DNA of 64,000 nucleotides from Candidatus Limnocylindrales bacterium (lineage in GTDB: Bacteria; Chloroflexota; Limnocylindria; Limnocylindrales; CSP1-4): assembly GCA_035248345.1 (NCBI GenBank), contig DATFHO010000101.1:80407-144406 (forward strand). Reading direction: 5' to 3'. Both the position numbers and the translations under genes were made by a program. The notes below the pieces were generated by a model. That model did no database searches. It worked only from the letters and a program-made list of their open reading frames with translations, and was not told the DNA's origin. Numbering within the stretch: position 1 is the first letter of the stretch; every line of letters starts with the position of its first letter. Shown here in pieces: positions 39,975 through 49,000 of this stretch.

Positions 39975-40063
39975 GGCCCGGCCGATCGGCGCGCGCTCGG
40001 AGGCGCCAATTCGTCGCCGGCCTCTCAGCCGATTCGAAGAAACGGCGGCGAGCATGGCTGCCA

Positions 40064-40420
40064 ATGAACCCATCGACTCGCCCGACCACCACGCGGGAGC
40101 GCGACCGCGCGCTGCAGCGCCTCCGTTCGATCACCGCCGGGATCGCCGTCCTCGGAACGGCCGCCACCGCCGGCTTCGGAGCGCTTGCGGCGGTCACGTG
40201 GTCCGGCTCCGCCGGTACCGCGGGCGATGACACCGCGGCTGCTGCCGATCCCACCGCGAACGCCTGGTTCACCAATGCCGATGAGGACTCGGATCTCCTG
40301 ACGGGCGCCGAGCAGTCGACCCCGGCACCCAGCGAAGCGGCCGCGCCGATCCAGCCGAATCCCACCCCGCTCGCAACGACGCGGAAGAAGCCCAGGGTCA
40401 CCAGCGGCGGTTCCGGGTGA
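40064..40420 (+). CDS. Small single-pass membrane protein with Ala/Thr/Pro-rich extracytoplasmic tail
   Basis: 118 aa. TM ITAGIAVLGTAATAGFGALAAV, then a low-complexity tail. Its stop overlaps the apbE GTG start (GTGA), suggesting translational coupling. Confidence 0.35.
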   Translation: MNPSTRPTTTRERDRALQRLRSITAGIAVLGTAATAGFGALAAVTWSGSAGTAGDDTAAAADPTANAWFTNADEDSDLLTGAEQSTPAPSEAAAPIQPNPTPLATTRKKPRVTSGGSG

Positions 40421-41382
40421 TCCGCTGGCGGGCGCTCGGGACGCACGTCGACCTGCTCGTCCATCGGGGCGATCACCGCGCCGCTCGCGCCGCTGTCGAG
40501 GCGGTGCTGGAGCGCGTCGATCGCACCTACAGCCGCTTTCGACCCGACAGCGAGCTCGTGGTGCTCAATGCCCGCGCCGGCACGACCGTCTCACTGAGCC
40601 CGCTGCTCGCCGACGCCCTCGGGGCGGCGATCCAGGCAGCGGGCCAGACGGATGGGCTGTGCGACCCGACGATCGGGCGCGCCCTGCTGCGGATCGGCTA
40701 CGACGCGGACTTCGCGACGGTCGCGACGGGCACCGCCGCCATCGAGCTGCGCATGGAGCGCGTCGCCGGCTGGCAGTCGCTTCGCTTCGACCCGGTCGCG
40801 CGCACGATCCGCGTCCCCGCCGGCGTGGAGCTGGACCTCGGCTCGACCGGCAAGGCGCTGGCCGCTGACCTCGCCGCGACTGCCGCCGCGGAGGCAATGG
40901 GTCGCGGTGGCGTGCTGGTGAGCCTCGGCGGTGACCTCGCGATCGCCGGTGACGTGCCCGAGGACGGCTGGCCGGTTCTCGCGGCGGACGACAGCAGCAT
41001 CGAGCCGCGGCGCGGTGGCGAGGTGATCGCCGTTCGCGGCGGCGCGATCGCGACATCGAGCACCACCGTGCGCACCTGGCGACGCGCGTCCGTTGTCGTG
41101 CATCACCTCATCGACCCGCGAACCGGGCTTCCTGCGCGAAGCCCATGGCGAACCGTGTCCGTGGCCGCGGCCACCTGTGTCGATGCCAACGCCGCCGCGA
41201 CCGCCGGGCTGATCCGCGGCGCGGACGCGCCTGCGTGGCTCGACGGCCTCGGGCTCGCTGCGCGGCTCGTCTCCACCGACGGCGACGTCATCCGCGTCGG
41301 TGGCTGGCCCGTGCCGGAGCCGGCGCGGGAGCGGGACCGATCTCGCGAGCACGACCCGGCCCGCGCAGGAGCGGCGGCATGA
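40417..41382 (+). CDS. apbE: ApbE-family FAD:protein FMN transferase
   Basis: 321 aa. ApbE hallmarks: SRFRPDSEL, the FAD-binding segment LDLGSTGKALAADL, and SLGGDLAIAG. Confidence 0.8.
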   Translation: MIRWRALGTHVDLLVHRGDHRAARAAVEAVLERVDRTYSRFRPDSELVVLNARAGTTVSLSPLLADALGAAIQAAGQTDGLCDPTIGRALLRIGYDADFATVATGTAAIELRMERVAGWQSLRFDPVARTIRVPAGVELDLGSTGKALAADLAATAAAEAMGRGGVLVSLGGDLAIAGDVPEDGWPVLAADDSSIEPRRGGEVIAVRGGAIATSSTTVRTWRRASVVVHHLIDPRTGLPARSPWRTVSVAAATCVDANAAATAGLIRGADAPAWLDGLGLAARLVSTDGDVIRVGGWPVPEPARERDRSREHDPARAGAAA

Positions 41383-41981
41383 GCACGCAGGTGCTGTGGT
41401 TCGCGACCCGGGGCTCGGGCATCGTCTCGATGCTCCTCTTCAGCCTCGTCGTCGTCCTCGGCATCCTCACGACGATGCGCTGGCAGTCCGCCGGTTGGCC
41501 GCGCTTCCTGACCGTCGAGCTCCACCGGACGACCTCGCTCCTGTCGGTGGCGTTCATCGTCGCCCACATCCTCACGTCGATCCTCGATCCGTTCGCGAAG
41601 CTCGGTATCGACGCGGCGCTGATCCCCTTTGCCTCGTCGTATCGACCGCTGTGGGTCGGCCTCGGCGTCCTGTCGATGGACATCGGGATCGCGGTCCTCG
41701 TCACGAGCCTGCTCAAGGCCCGGATCGGGCAGCGGGCCTGGCGCCTCGTCCACTGGCTCGCCTACGCGTCATGGCCGCTCGCGATCCTCCACACGATCGG
41801 GTCCGGGTCGGACAACGGCGCGCCGTGGATGTTCGCGCTCGACGTCGTGTGCATCGGCTCCGTCTGCCTCGCGCTCATCTGGCGGATCCTCGCGGCCCGC
41901 GGGCCGAACACCGACGCCCTCGAGGCCGTCGCAGGAGGCGTCCAGCGCGTCCAGCGCGTCCACCGCTCGACGCCGCGATGA
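41379..41981 (+). CDS. Ferric-reductase-like transmembrane domain (FRD/MsrQ-type, putative di-heme b) membrane protein
   Basis: ~200 aa, about 6 TM helices (my estimate). Conserved His residues in TM helices (ELHRTT, VAHILTS, LVHWLAY, ILHTIGS). ATG overlaps the apbE stop (ATGA). Confidence 0.6.
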   Translation: MSTQVLWFATRGSGIVSMLLFSLVVVLGILTTMRWQSAGWPRFLTVELHRTTSLLSVAFIVAHILTSILDPFAKLGIDAALIPFASSYRPLWVGLGVLSMDIGIAVLVTSLLKARIGQRAWRLVHWLAYASWPLAILHTIGSGSDNGAPWMFALDVVCIGSVCLALIWRILAARGPNTDALEAVAGGVQRVQRVHRSTPR

Positions 41982-43243
41982 ACGGCGCGCGGGTTCTCGC
42001 CGGGCCACCGCTCGCATCCGGAGCCGAACCGTTCGAGGACCACCGGGCACGCCTGGGGCCATTGCCCCGTGGCGGGCGGTCCGCCGTCATCCACGAGCTG
42101 GAGCAGAGCGGGCTCCTCGGCCGCGGTGGCGCCGGGTTCCCGGTCGGCCGCAAGTGGCGGTCCGTCGCCGAACGCTCGGATGGCCGCGGGGCGGTCGTGC
42201 TGGTCAACGGCGCCGAGGGCGAGCCGCTCTCGCACAAGGACCGCACCCTCCTCGCCCTCCGGCCCCACCTCGTCCTCGACGGCGCCCAGCTGGCGGCGGA
42301 CGCCGTCGGCGCGGACGAGGTCATCCTGTACGTGGGTGAGGCACACGACGGCGCCGTGGAGGCGCTCCAGCGTGCCGGCGCGGAGCGCATCGCGGCGCGC
42401 GCCGGGTTCCCCGTGCCGGTTCGGATCTCGCGCGCGCCGGATCGGTACGTCGCCGGCGAAGAATCGGCGGCCGTCCACTTCGTGAATGCCGGTGATGCGC
42501 GCCCCATCACCACGCCGCCGCGACCGTACGAGCGGGGTGTCGCGGGCCTGCCCACGCTGGTCCAGAACGTGGAGAGCCTCGCGCACGCGGCCCTCATCGC
42601 GCGCAGGGGCGCCGCCTGGTACCGCGAGGCCGGCCGGGGCGAGACGCGCGGCACGGCGGTCATCACGGTGACGGCCCCGGGCGGACGGCCTCGCGTTCGC
42701 GAGATCGAGCTTGGACAGACGATCGGTGAGGTCGCGGCCACGGACGTCGCCGGCGAGGCGGCGCCGAGGCTGGAAACGACGCAGGCGGTCCTCCTGGGCG
42801 GCTATTTCGGGCGATGGGTCGGCGCCGAGCGCGCATGGGACCTGCAGCTCGATCCCGCGCAGCTGCGCGCCGACGGCCTCGCGCTCGGGGCCGGCATCGT
42901 CGCCTTTCTGTCGAACGCCACGTGTCCCATCATCGCCACAGCCCGCATCGCGGAGTACATGGCGGCGCAGAGCGCGGCCCAATGCGGGCCGTGCGTCTTC
43001 GGGCTGCGCTCGATCGCCGACGCGATGGGCCGGCTGGCGCGGCTCGAAGCGCATCGAGACGACTGGGACAACGTCGAACGGTGGGCGGCGCAGGTCAGGA
43101 ATCGGGGCGCCTGCCGCCATCCCGACGGCGCCGTGGGCATGCTCGAGAGCGCCCTCATGACGTTCGACGGCGAGCTCGAGCGGCACTGGCGCACGAAGCG
43201 CTGCGCATTCGCGGCGATCGCGGGATCCGGCAAGGCGGCGTGA
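41978..43243 (+). CDS. NuoF-like (NADH-dehydrogenase 51-kDa-type) FMN/Fe-S flavoprotein
   Basis: SGLLGRGGAGFPVGRKW is the NuoF FMN-site glycine loop. C-terminal Cys motif CPIIATARIAEYMAAQSAAQCGPCVFG. ATGA overlap with the FRD gene. Confidence 0.65.
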   Translation: MNGARVLAGPPLASGAEPFEDHRARLGPLPRGGRSAVIHELEQSGLLGRGGAGFPVGRKWRSVAERSDGRGAVVLVNGAEGEPLSHKDRTLLALRPHLVLDGAQLAADAVGADEVILYVGEAHDGAVEALQRAGAERIAARAGFPVPVRISRAPDRYVAGEESAAVHFVNAGDARPITTPPRPYERGVAGLPTLVQNVESLAHAALIARRGAAWYREAGRGETRGTAVITVTAPGGRPRVREIELGQTIGEVAATDVAGEAAPRLETTQAVLLGGYFGRWVGAERAWDLQLDPAQLRADGLALGAGIVAFLSNATCPIIATARIAEYMAAQSAAQCGPCVFGLRSIADAMGRLARLEAHRDDWDNVERWAAQVRNRGACRHPDGAVGMLESALMTFDGELERHWRTKRCAFAAIAGSGKAA

Positions 43244-43488
43244 TGGCGACGGAGATCGCCCCTGCCCACGGCAGGCCACTGGCGAAGGCGGAGACGCGCC
43301 TCGAGGTCGATCGCATCCTGTGCGACGGATATGGCATGTGCGCCGAGCTCCTCCCGGAGCTCATCGAGCTCGATGATTGGGGCTATCCGATCGTCCACTC
43401 CCTGGTGCCGCGACGGCTCGAGGGGGTTGCCCGGAAGGCCGTCGAGGTCTGTCCGGTCCTTGCCCTGCGACTCCGCACGGGACGCTGA
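43243..43488 (+). CDS. Small ferredoxin (CxxYxxC...CP, 3Fe-4S/4Fe-4S single-cluster type)
   Basis: 81 aa. CDGYGMCAELLPE...VEVCPV. TGATG overlap with the NuoF-like gene. Confidence 0.65.
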   Translation: MATEIAPAHGRPLAKAETRLEVDRILCDGYGMCAELLPELIELDDWGYPIVHSLVPRRLEGVARKAVEVCPVLALRLRTGR

Positions 43489-43527
43489 GCGAGGCGCGAA
43501 TCGCGCGTCCTTGGCACGATTCCCGCC

Positions 43528-44925
43528 ATGACGACAACGACGAGCGCGCTCCAGGACCAGCTCCAGCGCCTGCGGGCCGAGATCAGCGGCCGGGTCATCG
43601 AACCTGCCGACCCGGACTACGACACGCTCCGCTCCGTGATGTACGGCGGGGTCGATCGGCATCCCGCCGCTGTCGTTCGCGTGGCGAACGTCGACGATGT
43701 TCGCGCCGTGATCGCCTTCGCCCGGGAAACCGGCGCGCAGCTCGCGATCCGCAGCGGCGGGCACAGCGCCAAGGGCGACAGCACGACCGAGGGCGGCATC
43801 GTCCTCGACCTGAGGGAACTCCGTGCGATCGACATCGACGTCGACGCGCGGACGGGCTGGTTCGAGACCGGCCTCACGGCCGCCGACGTGTCCCAGGCGG
43901 CTGCAGCGCATGGCCTCGCGATCGGCTTCGGCGACACCGGCTCGGTCGGCATCGGCGGGATCACGACAGGCGGCGGCATCGGCTATCTCGTGCGCAAGCA
44001 CGGCATGACGATCGACAACGTCCTGGCCGCGGACGTCGTGACGGCCGACGGCCAGCTCCTGCGAGCCGACGCGTCCACGAACCCGGACCTGTTCTGGGCG
44101 ATCCGTGGTGGCGGTGGCAACTTCGGCGTCGTCGTGCGCGTGCAGTACCGCCTCGTGGAGCTGCCCGGGATCGTGGGCGGCATGCTCTTCCTGCCGGCAA
44201 CCGCGGAGACGGTCGAGCGGTTCATCGCGCTGGCAGGCGAGGCACCGGAGGAGCTCTCGACGATCGCCAACGTGATGCCCTGCCCGCCGATGCCGATGGT
44301 GGACGCGGCGTGGCACGGCAAGCTCGTGATCTTCGGGCTCATGTGCTACGCCGGGCCGGCCGAGGAGGGCGCCAATGCGCTCCAGCCGTTCCGCGACCTT
44401 GCGAAGCTCGCTGGGCTCGACGCGCCGATCGCGGACCTGGTGAAGCCGATGACCTACCCGGAGATGTTCCCGCCCGAGGACCCCGACTACCACCCGCTCG
44501 CGGTGAGCCTGAACCTCATGCTCGATCGCGTCGATCGCGGGACCGCGGAGACGATCATGTCGTTCCTCGAGTCATCGGACGCCTCGCTTCGCGCTGCCCA
44601 GATCCGGGTGCTCGGCGGCGCGATGGCGCGCGTGCCGGTCGACGCCACCGCGTATGCCCATCGGGCCAGCCCGATCATGGTCAACATCGCCGTCTTCTAC
44701 ACGGACGAGGAGGACCGCAAGCGCCGGCTCGCCTGGGCGACGGACTTCTTCAACGCGATCCGCCAGGGCGACGAGGGCGCGTACGTCGGCTTCGTCGGTG
44801 ACGAGGGCGAGGCGCGCATCCACGCCGCGTACCCGGGCGCCACCTACCAGCACCTCGCCGAGGTCAAGCGCCGCTATGACCCGACGAACCTGTTCCGCCT
44901 GAACCAGAACATCCCGCCCGCCTGA
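43528..44925 (+). CDS. FAD-linked oxidase (PCMH-type FAD-binding domain + BBE-like C-terminus)
   Basis: AIRSGGHSAKGDS, GIGGITTGGGIGYLVRKHGMTIDNV, RGGGGNFGVV, and a C-terminal KRRYDPTNLFRLNQNIPP BBE motif. Confidence 0.8.
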   Translation: MTTTTSALQDQLQRLRAEISGRVIEPADPDYDTLRSVMYGGVDRHPAAVVRVANVDDVRAVIAFARETGAQLAIRSGGHSAKGDSTTEGGIVLDLRELRAIDIDVDARTGWFETGLTAADVSQAAAAHGLAIGFGDTGSVGIGGITTGGGIGYLVRKHGMTIDNVLAADVVTADGQLLRADASTNPDLFWAIRGGGGNFGVVVRVQYRLVELPGIVGGMLFLPATAETVERFIALAGEAPEELSTIANVMPCPPMPMVDAAWHGKLVIFGLMCYAGPAEEGANALQPFRDLAKLAGLDAPIADLVKPMTYPEMFPPEDPDYHPLAVSLNLMLDRVDRGTAETIMSFLESSDASLRAAQIRVLGGAMARVPVDATAYAHRASPIMVNIAVFYTDEEDRKRRLAWATDFFNAIRQGDEGAYVGFVGDEGEARIHAAYPGATYQHLAEVKRRYDPTNLFRLNQNIPPA

Positions 44926-44958
44926 CGGGGCGGCTCGGCGCGCGGCACAATCGGGCGC

Positions 44959-45225
44959 ATGCCCGACGGGATTCTCGGCTGGATCATCATCGGCCTGCTC
45001 GCAGGCTCGATCTCGGGCTGGTTCGTGCGCGGCACCCGCAGCGTCCAGGGTTGCCTGCCGACGATCGTCGTCGGCGTGCTGGGCGGCGTGATCGGCGGCT
45101 GGCTCGCCCAGCAGATGAACGGCCAGCCGGTGACCGGGTTCATCGGGGCGCTCGTCTTCGCGATCATCGGGTCGATGCTGGTGCGGATCGTGCTGAAATC
45201 CCTGGAGGGCGACCGCAAGCGCTGA
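44959..45225 (+). CDS. GlsB/YeaQ/YmgE-family small membrane stress protein
   Basis: 88 aa. GWIIIGLLAGSISGWFV...ALVFAIIGSMLV is typical of the transglycosylase-associated (GlsB) family. Confidence 0.7.
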   Translation: MPDGILGWIIIGLLAGSISGWFVRGTRSVQGCLPTIVVGVLGGVIGGWLAQQMNGQPVTGFIGALVFAIIGSMLVRIVLKSLEGDRKR

Positions 45226-45280
45226 GCCCCGATGTCCGGCGCGTTGTCGGGCGCGCTGCCGAGCTCGTTCTCCAGTCCGG

Positions 45281-46015
45281 TCAGCGCCAGTCGATCGTGA
45301 CCACCTCGACCGGCTCGGAGAACCCCTTCAGCAGCTCGCTGCGGGGTGCCGACGTCGGGTAGGCATCGCCCGCCGTCGCGACGCTCGCGACGATCTCGTT
45401 GCCGCCGGCGATCGAGGCGATCCGCGATGCCTCGTGGACGCCACGGCCGCGGAAGTTCTCGCCGACCTGGTTCGCGTCCGCGGCGTGGATCCCGATCCTG
45501 ATGGGCGGCGCGAAGCCTGCCTTCTGGCGGTGCTCGGCGAGCCGGCGCTGGATCGCCACGGCTGCCGCCACCGCCTGCTCCGGCGAGTCGAAGCCGACGA
45601 AGAAGCCGTCGCCGGTCGTCGAGATCTCCTTGCCCTGATGCGCGGTGAAGACCTCCCGGAGCGTGGCGTCGTGCCAGCGCAGCAGCGTGTCCCACGCTTC
45701 GTCGCCCATCACCTCGACCAGGTTGGTGGAACCGACGACGTCCGTGAACATGAAGGTCTTGAGGACGCGGCGCTTGGGCTCGGCCTTGCCACGGAGCTGC
45801 CACGGCAGGAGCTCGGCGACATCCTCGATCCAGATCGCCGCGGTCGGGCACGCGAAGGCAGCCTCGCGAACGAGCTCGTCCTCCACGCTGTCCGGATCGA
45901 CGACGTCGGCCTTCGCGAAGTCACCTCGGAGCCAGTCGAACGCCGTGGGCGCGATCGTGATGCAGTTGCCGGCACCGATGCATTTGTGCCGGTCGACGCC
46001 GACGCGCAGCGGCAT
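45281..46015 (-). CDS. Ferredoxin-like domain fused to class III adenylate/guanylate cyclase catalytic domain
   Basis: N-terminal VDRHKCIGAGNCITIAPTAFDW...AFACPTAAI is a CxxAxxC...CP cluster motif. C-terminal CHD: FMFTDVVGSTNL...TTGDGFFVGF...IRIGIHAADA...GRGVHEASRI. The start codon (46013-46015) overlaps the stop of the LAL regulator (46015-46017) by 1 nt. Confidence 0.7.
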   Translation of the reverse strand: MPLRVGVDRHKCIGAGNCITIAPTAFDWLRGDFAKADVVDPDSVEDELVREAAFACPTAAIWIEDVAELLPWQLRGKAEPKRRVLKTFMFTDVVGSTNLVEVMGDEAWDTLLRWHDATLREVFTAHQGKEISTTGDGFFVGFDSPEQAVAAAVAIQRRLAEHRQKAGFAPPIRIGIHAADANQVGENFRGRGVHEASRIASIAGGNEIVASVATAGDAYPTSAPRSELLKGFSEPVEVVTIDWR

Positions 46016-49000
46016 CAGCCGGCCCCCGCGGGTTGGGCGCCGCCTGAAGCCGCCACCAGGCCGGCGGTCCCGCCGAGGCCACGGAACGCGAGCGTCGTGG
46101 CCTCCGCCCGGCTCGACGCGCCGAGGCCGGCGTAGACGCGGGTCAGCCGCTGGGCGAGATCGGCCTCGGACATCCCGAGCGCCGCCGCCATCTCGCTGTT
46201 CGTCTGGCCTTCGGTCAGGAGCTTGGCGATGCGTCGATCCGTGTCGTCGAGCCCGCCCGCGCCGCTCGGCGCGGCGGGTTGCGTGGCTGCGGCGGCGCCG
46301 CCGGCAACCGCGGGCTCGAAGGCGCCCGCGAGGCCTACCAGCTCGCGACCGAGCGGGCTTCGGAGCCAGCGCACGCGGACGTGGTCATCAACCGTTGCCT
46401 GCGCGATCCGCGACAGCGTGAGGCGCAGCCAGTCGCGGACCTGCTCCTGCATGTCCGGCGGTGCGCCGGAGAGCACGCCGCGACTCGCGGACAGGACCGC
46501 CTCGAGGTGCACGTCCTCCGTGATCGCATCCTGGAGGGCCTGCATCACGGCAGCGCCTGCGGCTGCCGCAGCTTCCAGATCGCCGTGGGCCAGCGCAATC
46601 TCCGCCTTGGCGGCGTCCGCATATGCCGGCCATGGGCTGTGGCCGGGCAGCGTCGCCGCGATCGCGGTCGCCTGGTCCGCGGATTCCCGGGCCATCGCAA
46701 GGAGCGGCTCCGCGTCGATGTGTGTCCGGGCGGCAAGCCGTGCGCTGGTGAGCGCGACCCACGCCGCGGTCTCGCACCGAGCCGCTGCGCCTGCTCGCGA
46801 TGCGAGGAGCTGCGCCTGCTCGAAGTGACGGCGCATCCCGGCCACGTCGTCGGCGATCGCGCGGACCCTGCCGCGCATGAGCTCCAGCTGCCGGGTGCGC
46901 AGCGGAGTGAGCGCGGTGGCGGCCAGCGGCGCCGCGATATCGAGCCAGCGATCCGCGTCGGCGACCTCGCCGAGGTCGAGGTGCGTCAGCGCCACGCCGG
47001 CAGCGGCGCTGAACTCCGTCGACTGGTCGCCATCGATGCGCGCGGCGCGGTATGCCTCCTCGCCGCGGCTCAGCGCGAGATCCGGGACGACCTTGGCGCG
47101 CGCATACACGTGGACGCCCATGAGCAGGTGCAGCTCCTGGCGCGCGCGCTCGCTCTCGGTGACGAGGTCCTGCTGGCGCGCGATGACGCGCCGAATCTCC
47201 TCGAGGTGGCGCGCGGACGACGTCAGGTGGATCGTCGGGGCGTAGTTGAGATACGCCATCAGGATCACCGTTGACATCACGCCGGTGCGATCCCCGAGTC
47301 GCTCGTAGATCTCGAGCGCCCGCTCGCAGTGGTCGCGCGTCTCCATGACGATGGGCGCGATCGGTGTCTCGCGGAGGAGATCCTCGACGTCCTCGCCCGC
47401 GAGCACGCGCGTCGCGACGCCGAAGATCGCGCCGGCCCGCACCTGCTCGACGAACCACGCACGCACCTTGGAGACGGACATCGCACCGGCCTCGCGCTCG
47501 GCGGCGGCAAGGGCTCGCTCGTCCCCGAGCTCGCGGGCAAGCTCGATCGCCCGCTCGAACGCCGCCTCCGCCGCGTCGATGTCGACCTCGACACCGGACA
47601 CGCCGAACCCTTCGCCGATCGGCGTCTTCGTCAGCGCCTGGCCCAGCTCGAGCGTTGCCCGGAGCTCCGTGGCGCGATCGCCGAGCGCGGCTGCGCGGCC
47701 GATCACGCGTCGTGCCAGCTCGGCCGCCGCTTCCTCGTCGTGGGCCGCCCGGAATGCGGCGGCGCGCCGGACCTGCACGTCCAGCTCCAGCGTCGGGTCG
47801 CGCAATGCCTCCGCGAGCGCGCCGAGCTCGGCGAGCCCGTCGATGCGATCCGACGTCCGTCGCAACGCGGCGTACGCGTCGTCGCGCGTCGACAGCAGGA
47901 CGCGCCGCTCCGCGGGCGAGGACACCACCGGCAGCGCCGCGTCGACCAGCCGCAACGCCTCTTCCGGTGCGTTCGACCGGAGCGCCGCTGCCGCGGCCTC
48001 GATCGAGAACCGGGCAGCACGGGTGTTGTCGCCGGCCGAGAGCGCGTGCTGGGCGAGCATGGGCAGGCCCTCGGCGGGCGGCTCGCCGGCCTCGAGTAGC
48101 AGATCGACCACCCGACCGTGCACCTCGCGCCGGCGGGCATTGGACAGCCGCGACACGGCGAAGTCGCGGACCTGCTCGTGCGTGAACGTGTAGTCGGCCG
48201 CGTCACCCTGCGGGTGCGGCAGGAGGAGGCCGGCCTCGACGGCCGGTGCCAGCGCGGCCGCGATCCCGTCGCCGGTCCGTGCCGCGCCCGAGCCCGAGCC
48301 CGAGGCGACGCCGGAGCCCGCGGTCGACCCGGAGCCGATCGCGACGAGGTCGCGCACGCTGAAGCTCCGGCCAAGGACGCCCGCATCCCCGAGCAGCGCC
48401 AGGGCGTCGCCCGGCAGCCGGGCGGCACGTCGCGAGATGAGCGTGCGCACGGCCGACGGCACCAGCCGCGCGGCGTTCCGCCCGAGCCGCCATTCGCCGC
48501 CGGACTGCTGCAGCGTCCCGGCATCCCGATGCGCCTGCGCGAGCTCCTCGACGATGAACGGCACGCCCTCGGACTGGGCATGCATTGCTGCGATCGACTG
48601 GCCCTCGACCGGCGCGCCGAGCACCTGCTGGAGGAGCAGGCCCGTCTCCGTCGCGCCGAACCGCGCCACCCGCAACCGCCGGACGAGTCCCATCCGCTCC
48701 ATGTCGGCCAGGAAGTTCGTCGCCTCGACATTCTTCGCGAGCTCCACCTGGCGGAACGTCAGGAAGAGGAACACCGGCCGATCGGCGACGCTGCGAACGA
48801 CGTACCGGAGCATCCGGAGGGTGTCGTCGTCGGCCCACTGCACGTCATCGAGCAGCAGCGCGATCGGCTTGACGCCCGCGAGCTCCTGGATCGCGATCCC
48901 GGCGAGGTCGAACGTCCGCAGGAGCTTCGCGTCAGCCGAGAGCTGCTCGAAGCCCGGCTCGTCGCGTCCGGCAAGCGCTCCGGCGACTCGGCGAACCGCG

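Noticed and set aside
40064-40420. Small TM protein as the flavinylated ApbE substrate
   Set aside because: Scanned for the [DN]xx[ST]GA[ST] flavinylation motif and found none (only DDTAAAAD and SGSAGT-like near-misses). It is kept as a hypothetical CDS but not called an FMN-binding protein.
41145-41378. Upstream extension of the ferric-reductase-like ORF into apbE
   Set aside because: Out of frame with apbE and Arg-rich. The ATG at 41379 gives an N-terminus that begins directly with the first TM helix and overlaps the apbE stop in the usual ATGA manner.
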